Below, one piece after another: positions 39,514-49,111 of a stretch of DNA of 64,000 nucleotides (its first letter is position 1; every line of letters begins with the position of its first letter). The translations under genes and the position numbers were made by a program. The DNA comes from Euryarchaeota archaeon UBA552 (GTDB lineage Archaea; Thermoplasmatota; Poseidoniia; Poseidoniales; Thalassarchaeaceae). The stretch is from contig DAMH01000027.1 of the NCBI GenBank assembly GCA_002499585.1, positions 215,983 through 279,982 of the forward strand, in the 5' to 3' direction. Under the pieces are notes generated by a model. It worked only from the letters and a program-made list of their open reading frames with translations, had not been told where the DNA came from and searched no databases.

Positions 39514-41136
39514 ATGTCAGAAAATAGTGATGATTCGGAACGATTCAACCGAATTGTCGTATCGTCGATGGCCGTCACAGGTGTGCTCCTGCTGATTCTC
39601 CCAATGTTTTTCGTTCTGTCAAACGAAACTTACTACTCTGCCTACGTCGACGGGGGTCAAACAGATGAACAGAAGTTTGCCCAATTATCAACAATGAGAT
39701 CTGACCTTATGGAAGATCTTCCCCGAGATGGAGGAGGGACCAACCTCGGCTACGACGTTGCTAATACAGTATCCACCCCAATGTTAGTCAACGATTGGAG
39801 GGACCCACATCGAAGCATGCTTGTGATAGTTGGTCCTGAAAAACCCATAGACCAAACTGAAGCTAGGGCCATTTTTGACTTTGTCACCAAATCAGGTGGA
39901 AAGGTCATTGTGGCTTCAGAAAATTCCAATGCAAATGAATTGGCATCCATGTTTGGAGTCACGTTCTTCGACGATCCTCTACACGATCAAAACCAACATT
40001 TCCTAGTCTACAATGATGATGGTGTACCCTACACTCCATCATGGAGAAATGTCTGGTCGGCTGCCACAATCAGTCAGGACGTTCGCAACATGCAACCTGC
40101 ATACCTCAGCCAGGTCTGCACTGAGGGACAGATCAGGAACAATCTAATGACTAACTGCAGACTTCCTTTGATGTTCAGATCTCCCACTGGCATGAAATTT
40201 GAAGCAACAGACAGAGACGAGTTGGATCCGAGCCACAGAAGCGTCAAGATACTAGCAGAAGCATCGGAAGGCGCCTTTATTGACGTGGCAGACAGCCAAG
40301 ATGCTGGCGACTACAGGAATCCCGCTCCCGGAGACTTGGCTCTGGTAATCAGGATAGATTACCCAGTTACTGCCTTTGACAAACCTCAAGAAAAACAAGG
40401 AGGATTTGCCGTTACCTCTGAAGTTGCTGAAGTTGGTGTTACTGGCAGCATTACGTTTGTATCCGACGACGAGGCATTTTCTAACATGCTCTGGGATTTA
40501 GAACAGGCTCAAACACAGGGCATCAGATCGAGCTGCGACACCGTGAACTCCTGCTGGTTGGATGAGATACCAGAAGGCCAATGGAACGGTAACTCAAATT
40601 ATTTTTCAGCGCTTATTTACGATATGATGGAACACAGGAACCCGGAATTATCATCTAGTTTTAGGGATGATAAGTCGCAATATCAAATTGTATTCGACGA
40701 GAGCAGGCACTCCACAGGGAGGTTGTCGGCCCCATTTGTAGAAACCATGGGAACCGTGGTCTTGCTTACATCAAACCCCTTCCTCAAATGGTTAGTTGTA
40801 CTGAACGTGGGACTCCTATTGCTAGTCTCAATGATGGTAGTTCCTCAAAAAGAGAATTGGAGGCACGTGTTTGACCTCACAAGATTCAAAGAACGACCCG
40901 GTAAACTTGATCCCAGCACCTATAGAGAAAGGGTGCAACAGGCTCTATTCACAAAAATACGAGTGCATTATGACCTTACCCGCGACCAGCTGGCTCTAAA
41001 GCCACCATCAGAGGTTCAGGATATGATAAATGACCCCAAACTCGTTGAGTTGGCCTACAGCCAATCAAGAGTATACCAGTCCCAAGAATTGCGACAATTA
41101 ATGATCGCCATACGTAAATGGGGTAAACCAAATTGA
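39514..41136 (+). CDS. DUF4350-like membrane-anchored protein
   Basis: N-terminal TM, FVTKSGGKVIVASE, FVSDDEAFSN, VFDESRH, second TM; directly upstream of MoxR. Confidence 0.7.
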   Translation: MSENSDDSERFNRIVVSSMAVTGVLLLILPMFFVLSNETYYSAYVDGGQTDEQKFAQLSTMRSDLMEDLPRDGGGTNLGYDVANTVSTPMLVNDWRDPHRSMLVIVGPEKPIDQTEARAIFDFVTKSGGKVIVASENSNANELASMFGVTFFDDPLHDQNQHFLVYNDDGVPYTPSWRNVWSAATISQDVRNMQPAYLSQVCTEGQIRNNLMTNCRLPLMFRSPTGMKFEATDRDELDPSHRSVKILAEASEGAFIDVADSQDAGDYRNPAPGDLALVIRIDYPVTAFDKPQEKQGGFAVTSEVAEVGVTGSITFVSDDEAFSNMLWDLEQAQTQGIRSSCDTVNSCWLDEIPEGQWNGNSNYFSALIYDMMEHRNPELSSSFRDDKSQYQIVFDESRHSTGRLSAPFVETMGTVVLLTSNPFLKWLVVLNVGLLLLVSMMVVPQKENWRHVFDLTRFKERPGKLDPSTYRERVQQALFTKIRVHYDLTRDQLALKPPSEVQDMINDPKLVELAYSQSRVYQSQELRQLMIAIRKWGKPN

Positions 41137-41155
41137 ACGAACAGGAGTATATGAA

Positions 41156-42220
41156 ATGTCAGAAACGCCACCGCCGCCAACAGGAGCGAAGAACAAAGGG
41201 AAGAAAACAGACAAGATCGAAGATGGATATGCCAAAAAGGCCGCTGAGGCTCGCGGAGGATCAAAGGTCAGTGATAGACTCACGGCCGTTAGCACCATAG
41301 CGAAGGCAATATCTGGAGAGGTCCAGAAGGTTATCATCGGGAAGTCTCACGTTATCGACAATGTATTGATTAACATTCTCTCTAACGGAAACCTGTTATT
41401 CGAAGATTATCCAGGTCTCGCAAAAACACTCATGACAAACACTTTCGCGGACGCACTGGGATGTGATTTTAAAAGAGTTCAATTTACTCCCGATCTTTTA
41501 CCAGCAGACATAACTGGAACAAACATCTATGACGCTAAAAAGGGCGAATTCACATTCAAACCAGGCCCTATTTTCTGCAACTTACTGCTATCGGACGAAA
41601 TTAATAGAGCGCCACCAAAGACTCAGGCCGCACTACTGGAAGCAATGCAAGAAAAGCAGGTTACTATCGGCACTGTTACCCACAAACTACCTGCACCATT
41701 CTTGACCATGGCGACCCAGAACCCCGTTGAGCAGGAAGGGACCTATCCTTTGCCAGAGGCGCAACTTGACAGGTTCATGTTCAAAATGAGCGTGGGTTAC
41801 CCTGACCGCGGTGATGAAGATGAGATTCTTGCGAGAAGAATCGAACGCAAGAAAGACGATGTCGATGTTGAAGTCATAACCGACCCCTCCAGAGTTGTCG
41901 CAATGCAAGAGGCCATCGAGGATGTATACGTCGATCCCGCTGTCAGGATGTACATGGTTGAGGTAGTTGCAAGAACCCGCGAGGACCCGAGAGTTCTCGT
42001 TGGTTCATCTCCCAGAGGATCCCAAGCCTTGCTGAAGACCTCGAGAGCCGCAGCTGCCATGCGAGGGAGGGATTTTGTCACACCTGACGATGTCAAGGCA
42101 GTTGCTACCCTCGCAGTTTCACATAGGCTTATCCTCAAACCTGAACATCAGATCAAGGGATTGGAGAACGAAGAGGTCGTGAGGGATATCCTTAATCAGG
42201 TTCCGGTGCCGACTGTTTGA
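41156..42220 (+). CDS. moxR: MoxR family AAA+ ATPase
   Basis: [55 protein letters not shown]. Confidence 0.96.
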   Translation: MSETPPPPTGAKNKGKKTDKIEDGYAKKAAEARGGSKVSDRLTAVSTIAKAISGEVQKVIIGKSHVIDNVLINILSNGNLLFEDYPGLAKTLMTNTFADALGCDFKRVQFTPDLLPADITGTNIYDAKKGEFTFKPGPIFCNLLLSDEINRAPPKTQAALLEAMQEKQVTIGTVTHKLPAPFLTMATQNPVEQEGTYPLPEAQLDRFMFKMSVGYPDRGDEDEILARRIERKKDDVDVEVITDPSRVVAMQEAIEDVYVDPAVRMYMVEVVARTREDPRVLVGSSPRGSQALLKTSRAAAAMRGRDFVTPDDVKAVATLAVSHRLILKPEHQIKGLENEEVVRDILNQVPVPTV

Positions 42221-42276
42221 ATCATTTTAGGTTATGAAAAGGAGGGATTACGCTGGCGTGGAGCAGAAAGTCTGCT

Positions 42277-43572
42277 ATGTTTGCATCGCTAGCAATAGGT
42301 TTGTATCTGCTTGGTCTTGTCCTTAGAAATCAACAGCTTGTCACTGTGGCCGTGGTTCTGCTCTCCTTCTTGACGTATGCAGCATTCAGAACTAGCCATG
42401 CAGATGTTGCCTCATCTGGGAGGCGATTAGAGGAAAATAAGTCCGATGAGGGTATTCAACTAGGAGGCATATCAGCACTGAGAAAGGTATCATCTTCCAG
42501 AGTCTTTGAGGATGGGGAAATAGATGTAGTCTTGAGGATACAAAATAGGACTCCCCTCCCCAAGATAATTGAAGTCAGGGACAGAGTGCCTGAAGTGATG
42601 AGGATAAAGAAAGGCGCGAACTACGTCTTGATGGAGCTCGGAGGCAGGAGAGAGACTGAGATATCCTACACCATTGAAGCTCCTCTGCGCGGTTTCTACA
42701 CGATCGGCCCGGTCTGCGTAAGGGTACAGGACACATTCGGCTTATTCCATAACGAAAGAGAGATACAACTCTATGATGATTTCCTGGTGTTCCCTAAAAT
42801 GGAGGACATAAAGGACGCGATGATTAAGAGTAAAGTGCCAAAGATTTTCACAGGGGCAGTTAATATTAGGAATCCCGGTGAAGGTTCGAACTTTTACAAC
42901 CTGAGAGAGTACATACCGGGAGATCCCATGAAAAAGGTGAATTGGAATGCCACAGCCAGGAGTGGCGGGAAAATGATGGTGAACGAATACGAAAGGGATG
43001 CTGTTAGCGACATCATACTTATTGTGGATAGTAGGGCAATCAGTGAAACCGGGCCCGTAAGCAGGAATTCTCTTGTTTACAGCACAAGAGCCGCGGCCAG
43101 CCTGGCTCAACACTTTCTATCGAGGAGAGATTCTGTGGGACTTGTCACATACGGTGATGAAATAATATCAGTAGACAGGGACACAGGAAAGAAGCAACTC
43201 TACGTAATTTTAACTAAATTGGCAGGTGCTGTTGCGAAAGGCAATACGCCATTGAGAATAGTGACTAACAGGTTGATGCCCCACATAAATAGGGGTAGTC
43301 CGATTATCATTATGAGTCCGTTGGAAGACGATCCGACAATCATCGACGCCGTCAGAGATCTTAGGGCGAGGAACTTCATGGTCACAATTCTGTCCCCCAG
43401 CAGCATAGAGTTTGAGTTTGATGCTAGGAGATTGGATTCCGTGGGTTATGAGCTGCTCAAAACAGAACGCGACATTTTGATGTCAGAAATAAGGGGCCTA
43501 GGTGCTAATGTCATGGATTGGGAACCAGACATGATGCTGGTTACTGCACTGGCAGGAGCAAGAGGTTACTGA
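42277..43572 (+). CDS. DUF58 (vWA-like) protein
   Basis: LREYIPGDPMKKVNWNATAR signature; possible upstream CTG start at 42253. Confidence 0.92.
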   Translation: MFASLAIGLYLLGLVLRNQQLVTVAVVLLSFLTYAAFRTSHADVASSGRRLEENKSDEGIQLGGISALRKVSSSRVFEDGEIDVVLRIQNRTPLPKIIEVRDRVPEVMRIKKGANYVLMELGGRRETEISYTIEAPLRGFYTIGPVCVRVQDTFGLFHNEREIQLYDDFLVFPKMEDIKDAMIKSKVPKIFTGAVNIRNPGEGSNFYNLREYIPGDPMKKVNWNATARSGGKMMVNEYERDAVSDIILIVDSRAISETGPVSRNSLVYSTRAAASLAQHFLSRRDSVGLVTYGDEIISVDRDTGKKQLYVILTKLAGAVAKGNTPLRIVTNRLMPHINRGSPIIIMSPLEDDPTIIDAVRDLRARNFMVTILSPSSIEFEFDARRLDSVGYELLKTERDILMSEIRGLGANVMDWEPDMMLVTALAGARGY

Positions 43573-43581
43573 GGTGATGAT

Positions 43582-44508
43582 TTGGTAGAGAAGGAGGGTA
43601 AAGACACATCTCACCTCTATGATGGCAAGAGTGTGCGTTCATCCGCTCCCAGCAGGAAGAAGGCTGCTGGGAGAGTTACGCAATCCATTTCCATACCAAA
43701 AGACGCTATTCCGGAAACCAATGTTCCAACTTGGGTAGAGTCATTTTTCGGAGGCCCCCTCGTGCCCTCTGTCAGATTTCTGAGCCCGAACAAAACAGTC
43801 GTAAGGTTGCAAACTGCATCGATCACAGTATTGTTGTTGTTAGGTCTCGTGACATTTGTTATAACTCCAGCCTCGGGAACTGCCTGGTTTTGGCTTGCAA
43901 ACCTCCTCGGAGTTCCATTTTTCAGTGGCCTGATACATTACCTTCTGTTAATCGGCGGGCTGGTTACAGGAGCATATGGGATACTTCAAAGAGACCAGCG
44001 CATGATCCTTATTTCCCAAGTGGCCATTATCCTGGTAACCATCAGGTTTGCAGGTAGCAAGGTCGAATTTGCAATGGATTCTTTGGACATAAGCAGTGAA
44101 TTTATTCAGAAGTTGATGCTAATATTCTATGCGACATTCTTGGTGATGTACATCGAATTATCATCTGGAGTCATTCGTTTTTCAATGCTAGATACATCCA
44201 TTCGAACACGTGAAGTGTACGTCATGGGACAGGAAAATATCGTTCAAAGATACAACAGATCGCTTGCCACGACCCCCATTATCGCTGCATTCGTCGCATT
44301 GGTAACCCTATTGATAAACGTCATAATTCCGGCTTTGATCGGTATTTTTGACGAAGTTTCGTCCAACAGGCTCAGTGAAAGTGTCGAGTTGACTAGCGTT
44401 TATGGGGTTGCTCTGGGTACTGCCATGGTATTCGGAATCATTGCTATTTCGTTCACAATCAACCTACCTGCCAGGATACAAAAATTTCAGGAAAGGCGCG
44501 CGAACTGA
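43582..44508 (+). CDS. Polytopic membrane protein of the MoxR cluster
   Basis: About 6 TM segments; TTG start after GAGGTGA. Confidence 0.75.
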   Translation: MVEKEGKDTSHLYDGKSVRSSAPSRKKAAGRVTQSISIPKDAIPETNVPTWVESFFGGPLVPSVRFLSPNKTVVRLQTASITVLLLLGLVTFVITPASGTAWFWLANLLGVPFFSGLIHYLLLIGGLVTGAYGILQRDQRMILISQVAIILVTIRFAGSKVEFAMDSLDISSEFIQKLMLIFYATFLVMYIELSSGVIRFSMLDTSIRTREVYVMGQENIVQRYNRSLATTPIIAAFVALVTLLINVIIPALIGIFDEVSSNRLSESVELTSVYGVALGTAMVFGIIAISFTINLPARIQKFQERRAN

Positions 44509-44578
44509 TCCTCGTTCACGCTTCTGTGCTAGTTGGCTGGAAACCATTGACCTCGTACGCGATGAGTGTTACAGGCCT

Positions 44579-45682
44579 CTAAAGACCACGAGAATTCAAT
44601 TCTGCCATGGAAAGTAAGTCGGCGATAACAAGTATTGCGGAGGCTTCGACCACAGGGACAGCGCGAGGGCCGATTACGGGGTCGTGTCGTCCTTTTATTT
44701 GGAGTTCCCGTTTCTGCCCACTTGGTAGGTGGAGTGTTGATTGGGATTTGGCAATGCTACTTGGTGGTTTGAAATGAACTATGATTCTTAACGGCGCTCC
44801 AGTAGACCTCCCTCCGAGCGCACCATCCGGTTCTTGTTCTGTTCTTGATTCTGGCATAATTCTGCCTTCATCAATAGACCAAACGTCGTTGTGAACCGAT
44901 CCCTTCATTCTTGACGATTTGAAGCCCTTGCTGAACTCAATTGCTCTAGCGCCCGGTATTGCCATCATTGCACGCGCCAGTGCGGGTTCCAAGCCATTAA
45001 ACCAAGGTTCTCCAGTCCCGATAGGTAGATCTCGTATGACGCACTCAACAGAGGAGCCGATAGAATCTAGTTCCCTTCGCTTGACATTTATGAGGTCTCT
45101 GAATTGCAACGCGGCATCAGGATCATGACAATTTAAAGCAACCATATCCGTCGATTCCTCACGGTCATGTGAATTGATGTTAAGTATCGATTTTGCACTT
45201 AAATCCCCAACTGAATGCAGACCTGCCTCGACCGATATACCTTGCTTCGAAATTAATTGCCGGACCTGACTGGCCGCCGCGACCAAGCCGAGGGTTAATC
45301 GTGCAGACTGGGAGCCTCCTCCACGAAGGTCGGTAGATCCCTTTGACCGCTCGATCTCCACCATATCAGCATGCCCAGGCCTCGGATGATCCGGCAGGAA
45401 GTCATATTCTTTTGACCTCGCATCATTATTTCTTGCCACAAACAGGATTGGCCAACCGGTAGCAAGCCCATTGTATACTCCGGAAAGTAACTCGCATTCA
45501 TCCAATTCAATCCGACCTGTCATGCCCTTTTTTCCAGGCCTCCTTTTTTCTATCTCTTGAATCATAAGTTCATAATCGATTGGCGTGCCTGCCGGAACTC
45601 CCTCAAGTAGAGCGCCCACGCATGAGCCGTGGCTCTCGCCGAAGAGAGTAACGCGGATTCTGTCTCCCAGTGACATTCCCAT
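44579..45682 (-). CDS. aroC: Chorismate synthase
   Basis: FGESHG, PRPGHAD, RGGG..SAR, KPPSSI, GRHDP. Confidence 0.95.
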   Translation of the reverse strand: MGMSLGDRIRVTLFGESHGSCVGALLEGVPAGTPIDYELMIQEIEKRRPGKKGMTGRIELDECELLSGVYNGLATGWPILFVARNNDARSKEYDFLPDHPRPGHADMVEIERSKGSTDLRGGGSQSARLTLGLVAAASQVRQLISKQGISVEAGLHSVGDLSAKSILNINSHDREESTDMVALNCHDPDAALQFRDLINVKRRELDSIGSSVECVIRDLPIGTGEPWFNGLEPALARAMMAIPGARAIEFSKGFKSSRMKGSVHNDVWSIDEGRIMPESRTEQEPDGALGGRSTGAPLRIIVHFKPPSSIAKSQSTLHLPSGQKRELQIKGRHDPVIGPRAVPVVEASAILVIADLLSMAELNSRGL

Positions 45683-45684
45683 CG

Positions 45685-46527
45685 TTATTCCTCCTCAGGT
45701 GGGTGCTGAAGGACCTTTGTGGTGATTCTTTTCGATGATTCTGAGATTATTTGATCCAGAATTTCTGATTGCGCCTCGTTGTGAAGTATAGCGATACACG
45801 GACCAGATCCCGTCAATGTTGCCGTTAGGCCATTTGAATGCAAAGAAGTCAGAATGTGAGTTGCCTCAGAGTCCATCGTTGATTTAGCGACTGCGAGTCC
45901 ATTTATTCTCATGGCCTTATCAATATCCCCTGAGACTAAAGCATTTTTCGCAGCTAGAAAATCCGACTTGTTAACCGCGAATTCTGACACATTGGGTAAA
46001 TTCGATCTATGGCCTCTCAGAATGATGGTACATAATTTTGATTCCATCTGGAAGTGCGCGACTGGGTGAGATGGTTGATCTGATTTGGCGTCTATGATTG
46101 CGGTGTTGTATCCTAAGGCCGCCCAATTATCATCAAATGATCCTGTCATAGAACATCCGCTCATTATCTGCATTTTTGCCGCAATATCAACCACTTCATA
46201 GTCAGTAAATTGGAGGGCAAGTTTTTCTGAAACTGCTCGAAGTGCACTTACACATGCTGCAGAAGATGACTTAAGACCCATTGATCTTGGTATATCACTT
46301 TTCAGCGACACTCCTAATTTGTGATGGATTTTAGCCCCAGTTGTCTCTTCAATTGCACGAGGTAATTGCTTTAACAGGCCATTTGGATCCTCGTACTCCC
46401 CAGGCCAACTTGAGGATACCTCTGCGTTACAAGTCAAATCCAAGGGCAGGGAGCAGCCCCATCCGCACCCGGCAGCATGGAGGATACTGACGCCCCCATA
46501 TCCGATGTTCCCAACCTCTGAGATCAT
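45685..46527 (-). CDS. aroK: Archaeal shikimate kinase (GHMP family)
   Basis: IPRSMGLKSSSA, TGSFDD, TGSGP; aro operon context. Confidence 0.88.
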   Translation of the reverse strand: MISEVGNIGYGGVSILHAAGCGWGCSLPLDLTCNAEVSSSWPGEYEDPNGLLKQLPRAIEETTGAKIHHKLGVSLKSDIPRSMGLKSSSAACVSALRAVSEKLALQFTDYEVVDIAAKMQIMSGCSMTGSFDDNWAALGYNTAIIDAKSDQPSHPVAHFQMESKLCTIILRGHRSNLPNVSEFAVNKSDFLAAKNALVSGDIDKAMRINGLAVAKSTMDSEATHILTSLHSNGLTATLTGSGPCIAILHNEAQSEILDQIISESSKRITTKVLQHPPEEE

Positions 46528-47480
46528 CTTTCAATCATCGTCCCTTGTAACCCTCGGCCTATATGCCTCATTTGACCATCCAGCCTAGTGAGTACTTTGT
46601 CTCCAACTTTCACTTCGGTTGTGGATATCGTCCCTTTTTCGCCTATCATTCGGATTGTTTCTGCTTGTTGCAAGATTATTTGTCCGTTAATTTCACCGCA
46701 TCGATAGTTTATCATTACGAATGGGCGACGTTCAATCTTAAGACGTCCTATAACCGAGCCTCTTACATCCCCATTGGAATTGACCACAGCAATTCTTTCT
46801 CCGGATTTAAGTTCTGAGAGATACTTCGTCCGTCCGTCGGCCATAAGGCAATAGGAATGGATTGAACCAGCATTCACCCGGAATGGTCGAACTGGCACAT
46901 ATTGTGAGGGTACAGTCTCTCCGTGGATAAACATAAGAGCATTTGCGAGGGATCCAATGAGCATCCCCTCACGGTTTTCCATGCGTTCGATTAGGTCTAT
47001 GCAAACCCTTTCACCAACACCGACTTGCCTAACCTCTGTGACTTCCGAGTATGAGAGCGGGGGTCTTTCGTATTCTTCCTCAACTTCTGATTTCACTTTG
47101 TTCTCGATTTCTGCGTGGACGGCCTTGATCATGGCTATGTTTGGAGGCACCATTATTGCATCAACTCCGTGTTCAAGAGCATGAAATACCCCATTCAGAT
47201 CCTTCTCTGATGAGACAGCCGCGGCTATTTTTGTTCCCGTCCCAAATGAATACGATATTATGTTCTCTAGAGGAATCATAGTCCAGTCCATACACTCTAC
47301 CAGGATCCATTCCACGGTACCTATATGCGAAATCGCTTCATTCTGACCTTCGGGTCCTTCTATCAGTACATGGGCAACTTCTCCTGTGGGACCTCTCCAT
47401 TCCCTAAGAATCCCATATTTCTTCTTCGTTTCATCTCCTCTGAGTAAGCCGGAATTCCTAACATCTACCCATAATTCCAC
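46524..47480 (-). CDS. 3-dehydroquinate synthase II
   Basis: WTMIPLEN, GERVCID, RPFRVNAG, YLSEL, GRLKIERRP, LQQAET, RHIG. Confidence 0.93.
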   Translation of the reverse strand: MELWVDVRNSGLLRGDETKKKYGILREWRGPTGEVAHVLIEGPEGQNEAISHIGTVEWILVECMDWTMIPLENIISYSFGTGTKIAAAVSSEKDLNGVFHALEHGVDAIMVPPNIAMIKAVHAEIENKVKSEVEEEYERPPLSYSEVTEVRQVGVGERVCIDLIERMENREGMLIGSLANALMFIHGETVPSQYVPVRPFRVNAGSIHSYCLMADGRTKYLSELKSGERIAVVNSNGDVRGSVIGRLKIERRPFVMINYRCGEINGQIILQQAETIRMIGEKGTISTTEVKVGDKVLTRLDGQMRHIGRGLQGTMIER

Positions 47481-47486
47481 GGGTAT

Positions 47487-48281
47487 TCACCTCATCATTT
47501 CCATTGCCTGAGAGGCATTTTTACCTTCATGAACAACTGCCCTCAAAGCCCTAATGCGGTCAGACCTGTTGGGTTTGGAGAAAATTTGCCTTCCCATACA
47601 AACTCCTGCCCCACCCGCTTCAATTGATTTTTCAACGATCTCTAGGATCTCCTGGAAGGGCTTGTCGTTTGAGCCTCCAGCGATAAGGACCGGTATTGGG
47701 ACCGCTGAGCATACTTGATTGAACGACTCCTGACTGCCTGTCCAAGGAACTTTAGCCACATGACATCCAATCTCCCATGCAAGTCTGGCTGCGTGAGCTG
47801 TCCCATTCGTCATGTCATTATCAATTGGAATCAGATTGGGCCCCCGTGGGTAGACCATGCCCAGAACGGGAAGGTTATGATCCAGCGCGGCGGATGTTAG
47901 ATTGCCGCCAGAGTTGATCATCCTCGATTCTGATGGGTCTCCAAGATTTATTTGGAAGGACAGTGCTGCAGCACCTCTTTTTTTGGCCTCTTCGGCGTTC
48001 GCAATTGCAATCTTGTTGTCAGAATCCAATCCAGCATGTATGGTAGAAGCAGATGTGTGCATTACAAACTTTGGCCATGGCGCGCGTGAAGTTTGGTAGG
48101 ATAAGAAACCCTTGTGAAGTACTATTGCGTCTGCTCCTGCATCAATGCATTCATCAACTACAGAATTGTAATCTTCTAGACCCTTTACTGGGTATGATGT
48201 CAGCCCGTGATCCATAGGGACCCATACCCCTCGCCCTTCTGGCAGGAGCAATGAGAGGGCATCCGCGGTTGTAGTTGCCAT
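47487..48281 (-). CDS. 2-amino-3,7-dideoxy-D-threo-hept-6-ulosonate synthase (class I aldolase)
   Basis: VPMDHG, LHKG, YPRG, AK Schiff-base Lys, IAGG, MGR; adjacent to DHQ synthase II. Confidence 0.88.
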   Translation of the reverse strand: MATTTADALSLLLPEGRGVWVPMDHGLTSYPVKGLEDYNSVVDECIDAGADAIVLHKGFLSYQTSRAPWPKFVMHTSASTIHAGLDSDNKIAIANAEEAKKRGAAALSFQINLGDPSESRMINSGGNLTSAALDHNLPVLGMVYPRGPNLIPIDNDMTNGTAHAARLAWEIGCHVAKVPWTGSQESFNQVCSAVPIPVLIAGGSNDKPFQEILEIVEKSIEAGGAGVCMGRQIFSKPNRSDRIRALRAVVHEGKNASQAMEMMR

Positions 48282-48319
48282 AGTATGGCCTAGAGGCCCC
48301 CATGTTTGAATTAATGCTC

Positions 48320-49102
48320 TTAATCGTGGAAATCCACAACTACGGGGGCGTGATCAGAAATCACCAGCCCGCCCTCCCTGATTATCTCTGCAGTTTCAAA
48401 CATCGAAGATGCAGCACGATTGGCCAAAATGTAATCTATTCTCCAGCCCCTGTTTAATTCCCTGGCTCTTCCCCGATTGGACCACCAAGAGTATGGCCCC
48501 TTGGTATCTCCGTAATGCTCTCTGACGAGATCTCGCCACCCCAAATCAAGAAGTCTGTCGAACCAATTTCTCTCGTGATCCAAGAAACCGGATGTCTTTC
48601 GATTGCCGCGAGGGTCCCAAATATCATTTTCAGTATGTGCCACATTCAAATCCCCGCAAAGCAGAGCAGGTCCCGAATAATTGAGGTACTTTATACTCCA
48701 AGACAACATATCCTCCAACCACTGATCCTTGTATTTCTGTCGTTCAACTCTTGATGAACCATTTGGCAAATACATGTTTATACATAGAAAATTCGAGTGC
48801 TTAGTGACCAACACTCTGCCTTCTGGATCCCTTTCCGAATCAAGTTCTGTATCTATTCCCCTCTCAATCTCCTCAGCATTAATCTTCGAGCACGTCATCA
48901 CCCCAGAATAACCCTTTTTCTTAGCAGGATGCCAAATAACGTCATGTCCCTCGGGCTCGCTCCAATCCGCGGGCATCTGCTCAGGAAGTGCACGAGTCTC
49001 TTGGAACAACAAGACATCAGCGTTTATGCGATCAAGAAATGATGTTAGTCCCTTCTTATGGGCAGCTCGGAGTCCATTCAAGTTCCAAGTTACAACCCTC
49101 AC
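48320..49102 (-). CDS. xth: Exodeoxyribonuclease III / AP endonuclease
   Basis: TWNLNG, QE, GYSGV, EGR, YLPNG, GDLN, WRIDY, SDHAP. Confidence 0.96.
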   Translation of the reverse strand: MRVVTWNLNGLRAAHKKGLTSFLDRINADVLLFQETRALPEQMPADWSEPEGHDVIWHPAKKKGYSGVMTCSKINAEEIERGIDTELDSERDPEGRVLVTKHSNFLCINMYLPNGSSRVERQKYKDQWLEDMLSWSIKYLNYSGPALLCGDLNVAHTENDIWDPRGNRKTSGFLDHERNWFDRLLDLGWRDLVREHYGDTKGPYSWWSNRGRARELNRGWRIDYILANRAASSMFETAEIIREGGLVISDHAPVVVDFHD

Positions 49103-49111
49103 AGACTCACC

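Noticed and set aside
47487-48281. Glycolytic fructose-bisphosphate aldolase
   Set aside because: Same fold, but operon position with DHQ synthase II, aroK and aroC favours ADH synthase
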